From Eubacterium sp. (GTDB lineage: Bacteria > Bacillota > Clostridia > Lachnospirales > Lachnospiraceae): DNA of 64,000 nucleotides. Made by a program: the position numbers and the translations under genes. Under the pieces are notes generated by a model. The model saw only the letters and a program-made list of their open reading frames with translations, did not search any database and was not told the DNA's origin. Where the stretch lies: contig JAZASH010000002.1 in assembly GCA_036343395.1 (NCBI GenBank), positions 12,425 to 76,424 on the forward strand, written 5' to 3'. Below are positions 56,256-64,000 of the stretch, piece after piece (within the stretch, counting starts at the first letter, position 1; each line of letters opens with the position of its first letter).

Positions 56256-57434
56256 ATGGATATATTGGCCGGTGTTAAGCCGGAGGAGATTGTTGTAAAA
56301 CCGTTAAGACCGTATTGCGATATAGTTTGTGATTTTTTTAATGATTGGAGCCGGTTGATGAGATCTCATCCTGAGGGAAGACGCCTTGGTGATGTGGTTT
56401 CTTTTGCTTTTTTTTGCCGAAAAGGAAATCTAGAGCGTTTGAGGGAAGAGGCGCATATTGAGGACTTGCGGATGGGACGAGGGTTGTGCTTCCATATCGC
56501 ACCGTCCAATATTCCGGTTAATTTTGCGTTTAGTTATGCATTTGGTCTCCTTGCGGGGAATGCCAATATCGTCAGAGTTTCGAGCAAGGCTTTTTCTCAG
56601 GTGGATATCATATGTGATACTTTAAATAAGTTGTTTGAGGATGATAGGTATGAGGCGATTCGCCGTATGACATCCATCGTGAGATATGACCACGATTCGG
56701 AAATTACGGACAGGCTTTCCGGTATGTGTGACATACGATTGATATGGGGAGGTGACGAGACGATAGCTGCTATACGAAGGTCTATTCTCAAACCGGGAAG
56801 CACTGAGATCACCTTTGCGGATAGGTATTCGATTGCGGTTATCGATGGGAAAACGGTTCGTAGTGCATCGGAGGAGGAACTGGAGAAGTTGGCCGGTGAG
56901 TTCTACAACGATACATATATGATGGATCAAAATGCTTGTTCATCACCTCAGATGATATACTGGATCGGAGCGGAGAAGGCGGACAAAGACAGGTTCTGGG
57001 ATGCAGTTAGTCAAACCATAGAGGGGTATGATGTAAGTGAGTTCATTGCCAGTGAGAAATATACTATGCTTTGTGATGATGCGATCGTTCAGCAGGGAGT
57101 GGGAAGACTGAAAAAGTATCAAAACAAACTGTATGTTGTTGATATTCCTGCGAATGCTGACGTGGATATGCTGGATGGTTGTCACGGGAAATACGGCCTT
57201 TTTTGCGAACAGGAGATCGATGGTATTTTGGAAATACTGGATTCAATCGACCGCAAGGTTCAGACCTGCACTTACTATGGAGTGGATGCAAGGGGGCTTG
57301 CCGAGCAGGTTTTGGACCAGGGTGTGACGGGGATCGATCGAATCGTGCCAATAGGGAAAGCGTTGGATATTGGAGTGTACTGGGATGGATATGATCTGGT
57401 CAGACAGATGAGTCGGAGGATAGAGGTAGTATGA
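56256..57434 (+). CDS. Acyl-CoA reductase (LuxC family)
   Basis: HIAPSNIPVNFAFS...GLLAGNANIVRVSS...DQNACSSP...GIDRIVPIG. Confidence 0.88.
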   Translation: MDILAGVKPEEIVVKPLRPYCDIVCDFFNDWSRLMRSHPEGRRLGDVVSFAFFCRKGNLERLREEAHIEDLRMGRGLCFHIAPSNIPVNFAFSYAFGLLAGNANIVRVSSKAFSQVDIICDTLNKLFEDDRYEAIRRMTSIVRYDHDSEITDRLSGMCDIRLIWGGDETIAAIRRSILKPGSTEITFADRYSIAVIDGKTVRSASEEELEKLAGEFYNDTYMMDQNACSSPQMIYWIGAEKADKDRFWDAVSQTIEGYDVSEFIASEKYTMLCDDAIVQQGVGRLKKYQNKLYVVDIPANADVDMLDGCHGKYGLFCEQEIDGILEILDSIDRKVQTCTYYGVDARGLAEQVLDQGVTGIDRIVPIGKALDIGVYWDGYDLVRQMSRRIEVV

Positions 57435-58198
57435 ATAGCATTAAAAGGCAATTATTGGATTCTCTGAGAAAACTGGAAGAGTATCATGGCGTGGAGGCAA
57501 TAAAGGCAGAGTTTGAGGCGGAGGGTTCTCGACTCGACGAGCTTATCATGTTGAACGAGGTTGTTTTTCGGGCGGATATGGAGCTGATTATCAAAATCGG
57601 CGGATGTGAGGCTGTGAGAGATTTGGACCAGTGCAAGCTGCTCGGGGCATCAGGGGTGATGGTACCGATGATCGAGACGCCATTTGCCATGGAAAAGTTT
57701 ATCGGTGCGTATCACAAGGTGTACGGGGAGGAGACTTCGGCTGAAAGGATTATCAATGCGGAGACGATTACCTGCCTGGAAAACTATGATGAGATACTTA
57801 GCCGGGGGAAGGGATTCCTTACCGGTGCTACCGTGGGACGGAGTGATCTGTCTGCGTCTATGGGGATAGATAAATCGGATATCGAAAGCGATGCGGTTTT
57901 TGATGCCACGATGGAGTTTGTCAAGAAATCAAGGAATGCGGGTTTAGTTACGAATTTCGGCGGTGGAATCGGAGTAGAATCGATTCCGTTTATCATAAGG
58001 ATGAGTCCATTTATCGACCGTTTTGAAACCAGAAAGGTTGTGATCCGATCCAGCGAAGATTCGGATTGGTTGAAGAAAACGATACAGGAGGCGTTGCGAT
58101 TTGAATTGCTGTACCTTGAATACAAAGCCAGCTATTATGATGCAATGTCGAAGGAGGATTCAAAGAGAATGAAACGGTTGAAAGGGCAGCTTAACTAA
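57431..58198 (+). CDS. HpcH/HpaI aldolase/citrate lyase family protein
   Basis: KAEFEAEG...KIGGCEA...VPMIET...INAET...GRSDLSASMG. Confidence 0.75.
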   Translation: MNSIKRQLLDSLRKLEEYHGVEAIKAEFEAEGSRLDELIMLNEVVFRADMELIIKIGGCEAVRDLDQCKLLGASGVMVPMIETPFAMEKFIGAYHKVYGEETSAERIINAETITCLENYDEILSRGKGFLTGATVGRSDLSASMGIDKSDIESDAVFDATMEFVKKSRNAGLVTNFGGGIGVESIPFIIRMSPFIDRFETRKVVIRSSEDSDWLKKTIQEALRFELLYLEYKASYYDAMSKEDSKRMKRLKGQLN

Positions 58199-58254
58199 CG
58201 CGGATGGCTATTGGAAAAGATGCAAAAACTCTTGCAGAAATGAGGACAGTATAG

Positions 58255-59550
58255 ATGAAGACAATTTATACCTGCTTTTGTACAGATATTATCCATGAGG
58301 GACATATGAACATCCTTCGTGAGGCGGCAAAGTATGGTCGTGTTGTGGTTGGTGTACTTTCGTCGTCTCAGATGATGCTCTATAACCGTTTCCCGACGAA
58401 GACAACTGTGGAGAGGGTTGAGATGATCCGCGCGATTGATCTAGTGGCTGAGGTGATTGTTCAGAAGACGATCATGTATGATGATGTGATCGGTGAACTG
58501 CATCCGGACTACGTGATCCATGGTGATAACTGGAATGGAGAGTGGATGGAGAGGATTCGTCAGAATATCGTCTCGCTACTTGAACCATATGGTGGAAAAC
58601 TTATTGAGGTTTCTTTTACCAGAAGCCCTGAGATTACACGTATCGATCGGTTGATGGAGCAGAAACTGGCTATGCCGGAGTTTCGTAGACATCGTTTGCG
58701 CCGCGTGATGGAGTTGACACCGATCGTAAAGACGATTGAGGTACATTCGGGATTGACCGGGTTGATCGCGGAGCACACGCAGGTGGTTGATGAGAAATCG
58801 ATCGCTCAGTATGATGCAATGTGGATTTCATCGCTCTGTGACTCGACGGCAAAGGGAAAACCGGATATCGAACTGGTTGATATGACGTCGCGTTTTCATA
58901 CCATTGATGAGGTAATGGAGGTTACGACGAAGCCAATCATTTTTGACGGTGATACCGGTGGTTTGACAGAGCACTTTGTCTATACAGTGAGGACGTTGGA
59001 GCGGATGGGAGTTTCGGCGGTGATTATTGAGGATAAGATTGGGTTGAAGAAGAATAGTCTCTACGGAACAGAAGCGGGGCAGACTCAGGCGTCGGTTGAA
59101 GAGTTCTGTGAGAAACTTCGCGCCGGGAAGAATGCACAACTGTCGGATGACTTTATGATCATCGCTCGCGTGGAGTCTCTGATCTTGGAACGGGGGATGG
59201 CGGATGCGCTTTCTCGTGCTTTTGCATATCGAGATGCTGGTGCGGACGGTATCATGATACACAGCCGTCAGAAGTCGCCGGATGAGATATTGGAGTTTTG
59301 CGATAAGTTTAGAGAGTTCGATAAGGATACACCGTTGGTTGTTGTTCCGTCGTCGTATAATACCGTTACGGAGGACGAGTTGGCAGTTCATGGGGTGAAT
59401 ATCGTGATTTACGCAAATCAGCTTCTTCGTGCAGCGTTCCCGGCGATGAAGAAGGTGGCGCAGAGTATCCTCAAGTATCATAGAGGGGCAGAAGCGGATG
59501 AGGATCTGATGCCCATTGATGAGATCTTGGGATTGATTGAGCAGTTGTGA
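58255..59550 (+). CDS. pepM: Cytidylyltransferase-phosphoenolpyruvate phosphomutase fusion (AepX type)
   Basis: N-terminal DIIHEGH; PepM motifs W.SSL.DS..KGKPD, DGDTGG, EDKIGLKKNSL, ARVESLI, YANQLLRA. Confidence 0.93.
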   Translation: MKTIYTCFCTDIIHEGHMNILREAAKYGRVVVGVLSSSQMMLYNRFPTKTTVERVEMIRAIDLVAEVIVQKTIMYDDVIGELHPDYVIHGDNWNGEWMERIRQNIVSLLEPYGGKLIEVSFTRSPEITRIDRLMEQKLAMPEFRRHRLRRVMELTPIVKTIEVHSGLTGLIAEHTQVVDEKSIAQYDAMWISSLCDSTAKGKPDIELVDMTSRFHTIDEVMEVTTKPIIFDGDTGGLTEHFVYTVRTLERMGVSAVIIEDKIGLKKNSLYGTEAGQTQASVEEFCEKLRAGKNAQLSDDFMIIARVESLILERGMADALSRAFAYRDAGADGIMIHSRQKSPDEILEFCDKFREFDKDTPLVVVPSSYNTVTEDELAVHGVNIVIYANQLLRAAFPAMKKVAQSILKYHRGAEADEDLMPIDEILGLIEQL

Positions 59551-59565
59551 TGGAGAGATGGGAGG

Positions 59566-60306
59566 TCAAATCACAGTTAGGGCCTGTAGTTCTTCCGGGG
59601 TGTCGACTTCATAGAGGTCGTCATTGCCTACGGGGAAGATGGTTAGGTTCAGTTTGTCGAGGTTTTGATTTACGACATCATCCCAGAAGAGGTTCTCGGT
59701 TCCTGGGGTATTATATGATTCTATGATAGCATCGGCTAATACGGTGCTATCGTTTTTATTGAAGTAGGAGAGGCCGACCATCATGTGGGTGTCCATGCCG
59801 GATTTGCCAACGCGGGTGATGCGGCCGGTTTTGTCCGTGTCAAAGCACCAGTCGTCGGTGGGACCGGCGTGATACTTGGCAAAGTAGCCGGAGATGCGAT
59901 CACGCTTGGTTGTCACATGAGCAGAGTGGTCGTCCTCCGCATGCTTAGCGGTAGCATATGATAGGATGTTTTGCTTCTTGATGTAAAGGTCTGCTTCGCA
60001 TATGAAACAATCCTCACCTCGGAGCGTGTCTACAGCGACGTAGAGGGAGGAGAGATTGTTTTTTGTCTCGTATTCTGGGTTGTGGACAAGATGGACCTCT
60101 TGGTGTTTTTCTGTGAGTGTGGCGAATTGGTCTGCTTTGTACCCTGTCACGATGTAGATGTCTGTGACGCCGTAGTTTTCGAGAGCGGATATGACGGTCT
60201 CGATGAGCATCGTGTCGCCGACTTTAAGAAGGGGCTTTGCTGTGGTTTCTGTGAGTGGGCGCATGCGCATGCCCATGCCGGCAGCGAGCAGGATTCCGAT
60301 AGCCAT
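59566..60306 (-). CDS. LicC/PntC-like nucleotidyltransferase (candidate CMP-phosphonate synthase)
   Basis: ILLAAGMGMRMRPLT...PKPLL-like KPLLKV...NNLSSL...FWDDVV...EVDTPEEL; co-transcribed with the AEP transaminase. Confidence 0.8.
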   Translation of the reverse strand: MAIGILLAAGMGMRMRPLTETTAKPLLKVGDTMLIETVISALENYGVTDIYIVTGYKADQFATLTEKHQEVHLVHNPEYETKNNLSSLYVAVDTLRGEDCFICEADLYIKKQNILSYATAKHAEDDHSAHVTTKRDRISGYFAKYHAGPTDDWCFDTDKTGRITRVGKSGMDTHMMVGLSYFNKNDSTVLADAIIESYNTPGTENLFWDDVVNQNLDKLNLTIFPVGNDDLYEVDTPEELQALTVI

Positions 60307-60307
60307 A

Positions 60308-61459
60308 TTATTCCTCCGTATACTTTGCGGGTATCTGAACCCTGTTTTCTTTTAGCGCAGCTTCGAACACTTCCCAGAAGTTTTCTATATCGGGGGCGTC
60401 TATCGCTCCAAGGGCGCAAAGGCGGAATGAGCCAGTGTTTTCCAGCTTTCCCGGATAGATGGTGAAGCCGCGTTCGTAGCAGTAGTCGTGTACTTTGTCA
60501 AAATCCCAATTCGGATCGTCGGGATAGCGAATCGCCGAGACGAGTCCGGACTGGTTCTTTCTGTCGAGCAGTTCTCTGAATCCAAGTCGATCGACGCCGG
60601 CGCGGATGGCGTTGATGATGCGCTGGTGACGCGACCATTTTTCTGACTCCCCTTCGGCGAAGTATTCGTCGAGAGCCTGGCGTGCGGCGTAGATGGTCTG
60701 CACCGGTGGTGTGAAGTGCATCTGGCCGGTTTTCTCGAAAAACTCGTACTGCAGATAGAGGTTGCAGTAGTAGGAGCGAGTCGGGTTTTGCTTCGACTTC
60801 TCGATGAGGTCGGTGCGACCGATGATGTAGGACAGACCGGTCATGCCCTGGATGCCTTTTTGCGCAGATGCCATGCAGAAGTCGATGTTGTCTTTTTCGA
60901 TATCTATGGGGATCATCGCGTAGGATGATGTAGTGTCGGTGATGAAAACTGCGTCGTGTTCGTGCGCAATGCGGCCGATCTCTCGGATTGGATTGAGGAG
61001 ACCGGAGCCGGTCTCGTGGTGTGTGGCGTAGACAACAGCGATGTCGTTTTTCTTAGTAAGAATGTGCTCGAGCTCGGCGAGATTCGGGGGCTTGTAAAGG
61101 GACTGCACCCAATCGACGTATGGGATATGGTAGGCGTCCAAGATTTCGCAGGCGCGCTCGGAGTAGGCGCCGTTGTGGATGACAAGGGCGCGGGGCGTGC
61201 CGTCGGGTGAGTCCGGTACCAGGGAGTTTAGCACGATGTCCATGCAGATGGTGCCGGAGCCGCAGAATGGGACAGCGGTGTAGGTTTCCGGGTCGCCGTG
61301 GACGATCTTGACGAGATCGTCGCGGATATTTTTCATAAGGAAAGCGAACTCCTCCTCGCGTGGACAGATGTCGGGGACGATCTGAGCGGCTTTTACCGTA
61401 TCGGTCGTCGTGGACGGGCCCGGGTTTAGAAGGATGTTGCGTTTGATCGGTGTGGTCAT
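60308..61459 (-). CDS. phnW: 2-aminoethylphosphonate aminotransferase
   Basis: ILLNPGPSTT...DICPRE...GSGT...HHETGSGLLNP...DTTSSY...SAQKGIQG...HFTPP; GAGGTG RBS before ATG 61459. Confidence 0.9.
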   Translation of the reverse strand: MTTPIKRNILLNPGPSTTTDTVKAAQIVPDICPREEEFAFLMKNIRDDLVKIVHGDPETYTAVPFCGSGTICMDIVLNSLVPDSPDGTPRALVIHNGAYSERACEILDAYHIPYVDWVQSLYKPPNLAELEHILTKKNDIAVVYATHHETGSGLLNPIREIGRIAHEHDAVFITDTTSSYAMIPIDIEKDNIDFCMASAQKGIQGMTGLSYIIGRTDLIEKSKQNPTRSYYCNLYLQYEFFEKTGQMHFTPPVQTIYAARQALDEYFAEGESEKWSRHQRIINAIRAGVDRLGFRELLDRKNQSGLVSAIRYPDDPNWDFDKVHDYCYERGFTIYPGKLENTGSFRLCALGAIDAPDIENFWEVFEAALKENRVQIPAKYTEE

Positions 61460-61496
61460 GTGGGTCACCTCGGTTTTATAGTTCTTTATAGTTTTT

Positions 61497-61525
61497 ATAA
61501 TATAACCATTGTTTGGTGTTGTCAA
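61497..61525 (-). promoter_or_regulatory. sigmaA promoter of the phnW/aepZ-nucleotidyltransferase unit
   Basis: Minus strand TTGACA-17 nt-TATTAT. Confidence 0.7.
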
Positions 61526-61592
61526 GCGGAGCCATCTGGTGGTCTATTTTTGAACACCTGTGATGACTTGAAATGCTATTTCGATGTTTCTT

Positions 61593-62888
61593 TCATATAA
61601 ACATTGCCATATAAAGTGGAAGAGTATCCACGGTATCGTTAGAGGATAGATTCTTAGATGAGAGCTTGATACCATGTTTTACTCCATGATTCTGTATGAT
61701 GCTTGTCATAGATTTTGATGTGTTCTTTTCTGAAGATTTTACTTCTACAGCGGTTAATTGTTTGTTGTAGCGGATGATAAAATCCATTTCCAGTTTGGAA
61801 TCTTTTTCGTAGTAGTAGAGCTTTTTCTCTGATTTGGTGAAGATGTCGGCAACGATGTTTTCGTAGATGGCGCCCTTGTAGATGCCAAGGTTTCCGTCGA
61901 GGATATCCTCGACAGAACCTTCTTCGAGCATGGCTGTTAAAAGCCCGGTGTCTCGCATATATACCTTGAAACAATCGCTTTTTGCATTTCCTTCCAGAGG
62001 TAATTCGAGATTTGCCAGATTGTAGCAAAAGGATATGATTCCGGCATCAGCAAGCCACTCCAAGCTACCTCCGAATTTTCTGTAAGTGCCTTTTGCCTCG
62101 ATCAGGCTGTATCGGAACTTTTTATAGTCTTTAGCTAGATGCTTTGGGATAGACAGAAAGCAAGCACGCGCCTTGGTTTTTTCTGCGCCGGTGGCGTATT
62201 TTGCGATGTCATCGAGGTAGTCTGAAAGTATTTCGTTTTGAATGCGAAAAACCTTGGAAAAGTCGTTATGATCGACAAAGTCTTGCACAACATAAGGCAT
62301 GCCGCCGATTACGATGTATTTACGGAAGAGTTTCATATACTCTTCATGCATCGAGTCGGGAAGTGGCTCCCTGTTTTCGTAGTGTTCGCGAAGTGTTTGG
62401 ATGTTTTCTTCCGTGATTCCGCATGCCCATAGGAATTCTTCAAAGTCAAGTGAGTGCATATCAATGTAGTCCACATATCCTACCGGATAAGAGGGCATGC
62501 TTTTGTGGTGGATTCCAAGCATGGATCCGGAAGCGATCACGTCATATCGGTCATCCATGGAAAAAAACTTGAGGGCGGCCCTAGCTTCCGGGCATTCTTG
62601 AATCTCGTCCAGGAAGATGAGGGTCTCATGTGGGACTAATTCGACATCCCTTACGCGGAATGATATTTGCATCAGGATATCGTCGACACTGAGGGATTCT
62701 TTGAAGATTTCCTTGTAGGTAGGTTTTTCCACGAAGTTGATAGTGATATGGTGTTTGTAGTTTTCGCGGGCAAACTTCTCTATGACGTAGGTTTTGCCTA
62801 CCTGTCTGGCACCACGGATCATGAGTGAACGGGTGGTGCGATCATCTTTCCATTTTATGAGTTTTTCTTCGACTTTTCTCGTGAGCAT
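61593..62888 (-). CDS. AAA+ ATPase with DUF4143-type C-terminus
   Basis: GARQVGKT Walker A; FLDEIQ Walker B; IASGS; GGMP; YMRDTGLL; AVEVKS. Confidence 0.88.
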   Translation of the reverse strand: MLTRKVEEKLIKWKDDRTTRSLMIRGARQVGKTYVIEKFARENYKHHITINFVEKPTYKEIFKESLSVDDILMQISFRVRDVELVPHETLIFLDEIQECPEARAALKFFSMDDRYDVIASGSMLGIHHKSMPSYPVGYVDYIDMHSLDFEEFLWACGITEENIQTLREHYENREPLPDSMHEEYMKLFRKYIVIGGMPYVVQDFVDHNDFSKVFRIQNEILSDYLDDIAKYATGAEKTKARACFLSIPKHLAKDYKKFRYSLIEAKGTYRKFGGSLEWLADAGIISFCYNLANLELPLEGNAKSDCFKVYMRDTGLLTAMLEEGSVEDILDGNLGIYKGAIYENIVADIFTKSEKKLYYYEKDSKLEMDFIIRYNKQLTAVEVKSSEKNTSKSMTSIIQNHGVKHGIKLSSKNLSSNDTVDTLPLYMAMFI

Positions 62889-62910
62889 GGCATTACCCTC
62901 CTATGATGCT

Positions 62911-62939
62911 ATTATCCTACGTTTGTTGGGAATTGTCAA
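62911..62939 (-). promoter_or_regulatory. sigmaA promoter of the AAA ATPase gene
   Basis: Minus strand TTGACA-17 nt-GATAAT. Confidence 0.6.
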
Positions 62940-62940
62940 G

Positions 62941-63037
62941 TGAAAATGCAGATTTACCCCACGACTTTTGGTGTGAAAATGCAGATTTACCCCAAGACTT
63001 TTGACATGAAAATGCAGATTTTCCCCACGAGATTGTG
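62941..63037. repeat. 33-bp tandem repeat array, 3 copies
   Basis: TGAAAATGCAGATTTACCCCACGACTTTTG(N3) units starting at 62941, 62974 and 63007. Confidence 0.92.
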
Positions 63038-63165
63038 TTTTTGACAAAAAATATTGTCAAGTATACTCGACGAAAAATCAGTTTTTAAATAGATCCCTAA
63101 AAACCCTATACAGATTCGGAGTGGAACTCCGAAAAAAACTAGAACAATAAAGGCGAGTTGGTCGG

Positions 63166-63217
63166 ATGTATATACATATTGACAATGATATCCAGATAGT
63201 ATATACTTGTATATACA
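63166..63217 (+). promoter_or_regulatory. sigmaA promoter overlapped by three GTATATAC palindromes
   Basis: TTGACA(63179)-17-TATACT(63202); palindromes at 63166-63177, 63198-63207 and 63208-63217. Confidence 0.75.
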
Positions 63218-63277
63218 TAATGCAAGTATATCGCGGGGAGTTTTTATGTGATTTTTCAGAAAGTGAGGGTGAAATAT

Positions 63278-63790
63278 ATGAAAACACAGTTGAGAACCTG
63301 GGGGAACAGCAGGGCGGTGAGGCTTCCGGCCAAGGCGATACAGATGTCGGGTTTGAGTGAGGAAGATGAGCTTGACGTAATGGTTGAGGATGGGGAGATC
63401 ATCCTGTCGAAGAACGGAGATAGAGGGGAGGAGTCTTTAAAAAGGGCTTTGTTATATAGAGATGGACTTTGCGGTCTGTCGGATATTATCGTTGCTTCCG
63501 ATGTTCGGAAAGAGGCAGAGGAAGTCTGTGAGGAGATCGGGTTATCGTTGCAGGTGGCAATCGGAGTGTTCTTGCAGAAGGTCAGAAGAGAGAAAAGAAT
63601 TCCGTTTGAGCTGACTGCGGGAGATGAGATCAGGGGGAGGTATGCCTCTGGGGAGAAGGTCGATTGCAGTTCGCTGTATCCGAAGGAGTCTTTTGAGTTT
63701 TTCGGATCGGGGAGTGAGTTGGGGTTTGATGTGGAGCCGGAGGATCCTGTGGAGGATATTCATGCGATAAAGAGGGAGACCGTGGGATGA
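63278..63790 (+). CDS. AbrB/MazE plus RelB/DinJ double-antitoxin-domain protein
   Basis: TWGNSRAVRLPAKAI...EDGEIILSK (MazE-like), then RKEAEEVCEEIGLSLQVAIGVFLQKVRREKRIPFEL (RelB/DinJ-like). Confidence 0.75.
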   Translation: MKTQLRTWGNSRAVRLPAKAIQMSGLSEEDELDVMVEDGEIILSKNGDRGEESLKRALLYRDGLCGLSDIIVASDVRKEAEEVCEEIGLSLQVAIGVFLQKVRREKRIPFELTAGDEIRGRYASGEKVDCSSLYPKESFEFFGSGSELGFDVEPEDPVEDIHAIKRETVG

Positions 63791-63832
63791 GATATTATTT
63801 GGACACAAATATAATCATATATCGAAAATCGG

Positions 63833-63896
63833 CCAAAATGCAGATTTACCCCACGACTTTTGATATGAAAATGCAGATTTACCCCACGAGATTGTG
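63833..63896. repeat. 33-bp tandem repeat array, 2 copies (same unit as 62941-63037)
   Basis: AAAATGCAGATTTACCCCACGAC/G units at about 63833 and 63866. Confidence 0.92.
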
Positions 63897-63902
63897 ATTT
63901 TT

Positions 63903-63957
63903 TTGACTTTTTGTCGGTTTTGTGAGATAATAGGAGCCAGAGATGGTTCCTTTTTTT
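63903..63957 (+). promoter_or_regulatory. sigmaA promoter plus GGAGCCA-N4-TGGTTCC inverted repeat (for a gene beyond the window)
   Basis: TTGACT-17-GATAAT (TG extended), then AGGAGCCA-GAGA-TGGTTCCT and a T run; near copy of 51616-51663. Confidence 0.6.
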
Positions 63958-64000
63958 GACGTGAAAGAGCGTATAGGAGATTGCGTCTTTAACCTAAACG

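Noticed and set aside
55160-57434. Bioluminescence (lux) operon
   Set aside because: Only LuxE- and LuxC-like genes are present, with no luxAB or luxD; the context is ACP/GNAT glycan acylation
62941-63896. CRISPR array
   Set aside because: The 33-bp units are head-to-tail with no unique spacers, and no cas genes are present
1-64000. IS elements, prophage, rRNA or tRNA genes
   Set aside because: No transposase, integrase or phage ORFs, and no tRNA or rRNA signatures were recognised by eye

Overview
Bacterial window that looks like Lachnospiraceae/Clostridia (inferred from flagellin N-terminus, fliW-csrA and gene order). It contains: (i) a late flagellar locus at 1-7410: 3' part of flgL, fliW, csrA, flaG, fliD, fliS, a FlgN-like gene and two tandem short flagellins, with recognisable sigma28 and sigmaA promoters, terminators and CsrA-type GGA hairpins; (ii) a ~54 kb putative flagellin glycosylation/modification island at 7478-61459, with 44 co-oriented + strand genes plus a convergent 2-gene unit. 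The island encodes five LicD-family phosphotransferases (four fused to a long C-terminal domain), GT2/TPR, CgeB-like and Maf(DUF115) transferases, a TagD/TagF-like pair, a Neu5Ac-type neuC/neuA/neuB set, three ACPs with FabH-like, SDR, transketolase, ThDP, LuxE/LuxC and GNAT enzymes, WecD/WecE, a radical SAM enzyme, PAPS synthesis (cysC, sat), two alkaline-phosphatase-fold proteins, and phosphonate genes (cytidylyltransferase-PEP mutase fusion, AEP transaminase, LicC/PntC-like nucleotidyltransferase; no canonical phosphonopyruvate decarboxylase seen); (iii) an AAA ATPase and an orphan double-antitoxin gene bracketed by 33-bp direct repeats. The leading hypothesis, which is an inference, is a flagellin glycan carrying phosphonate or phosphodiester substituents together with sialic acid, N-acyl and possibly sulfate groups. 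All family assignments come from motifs read by eye; no database searches were run.
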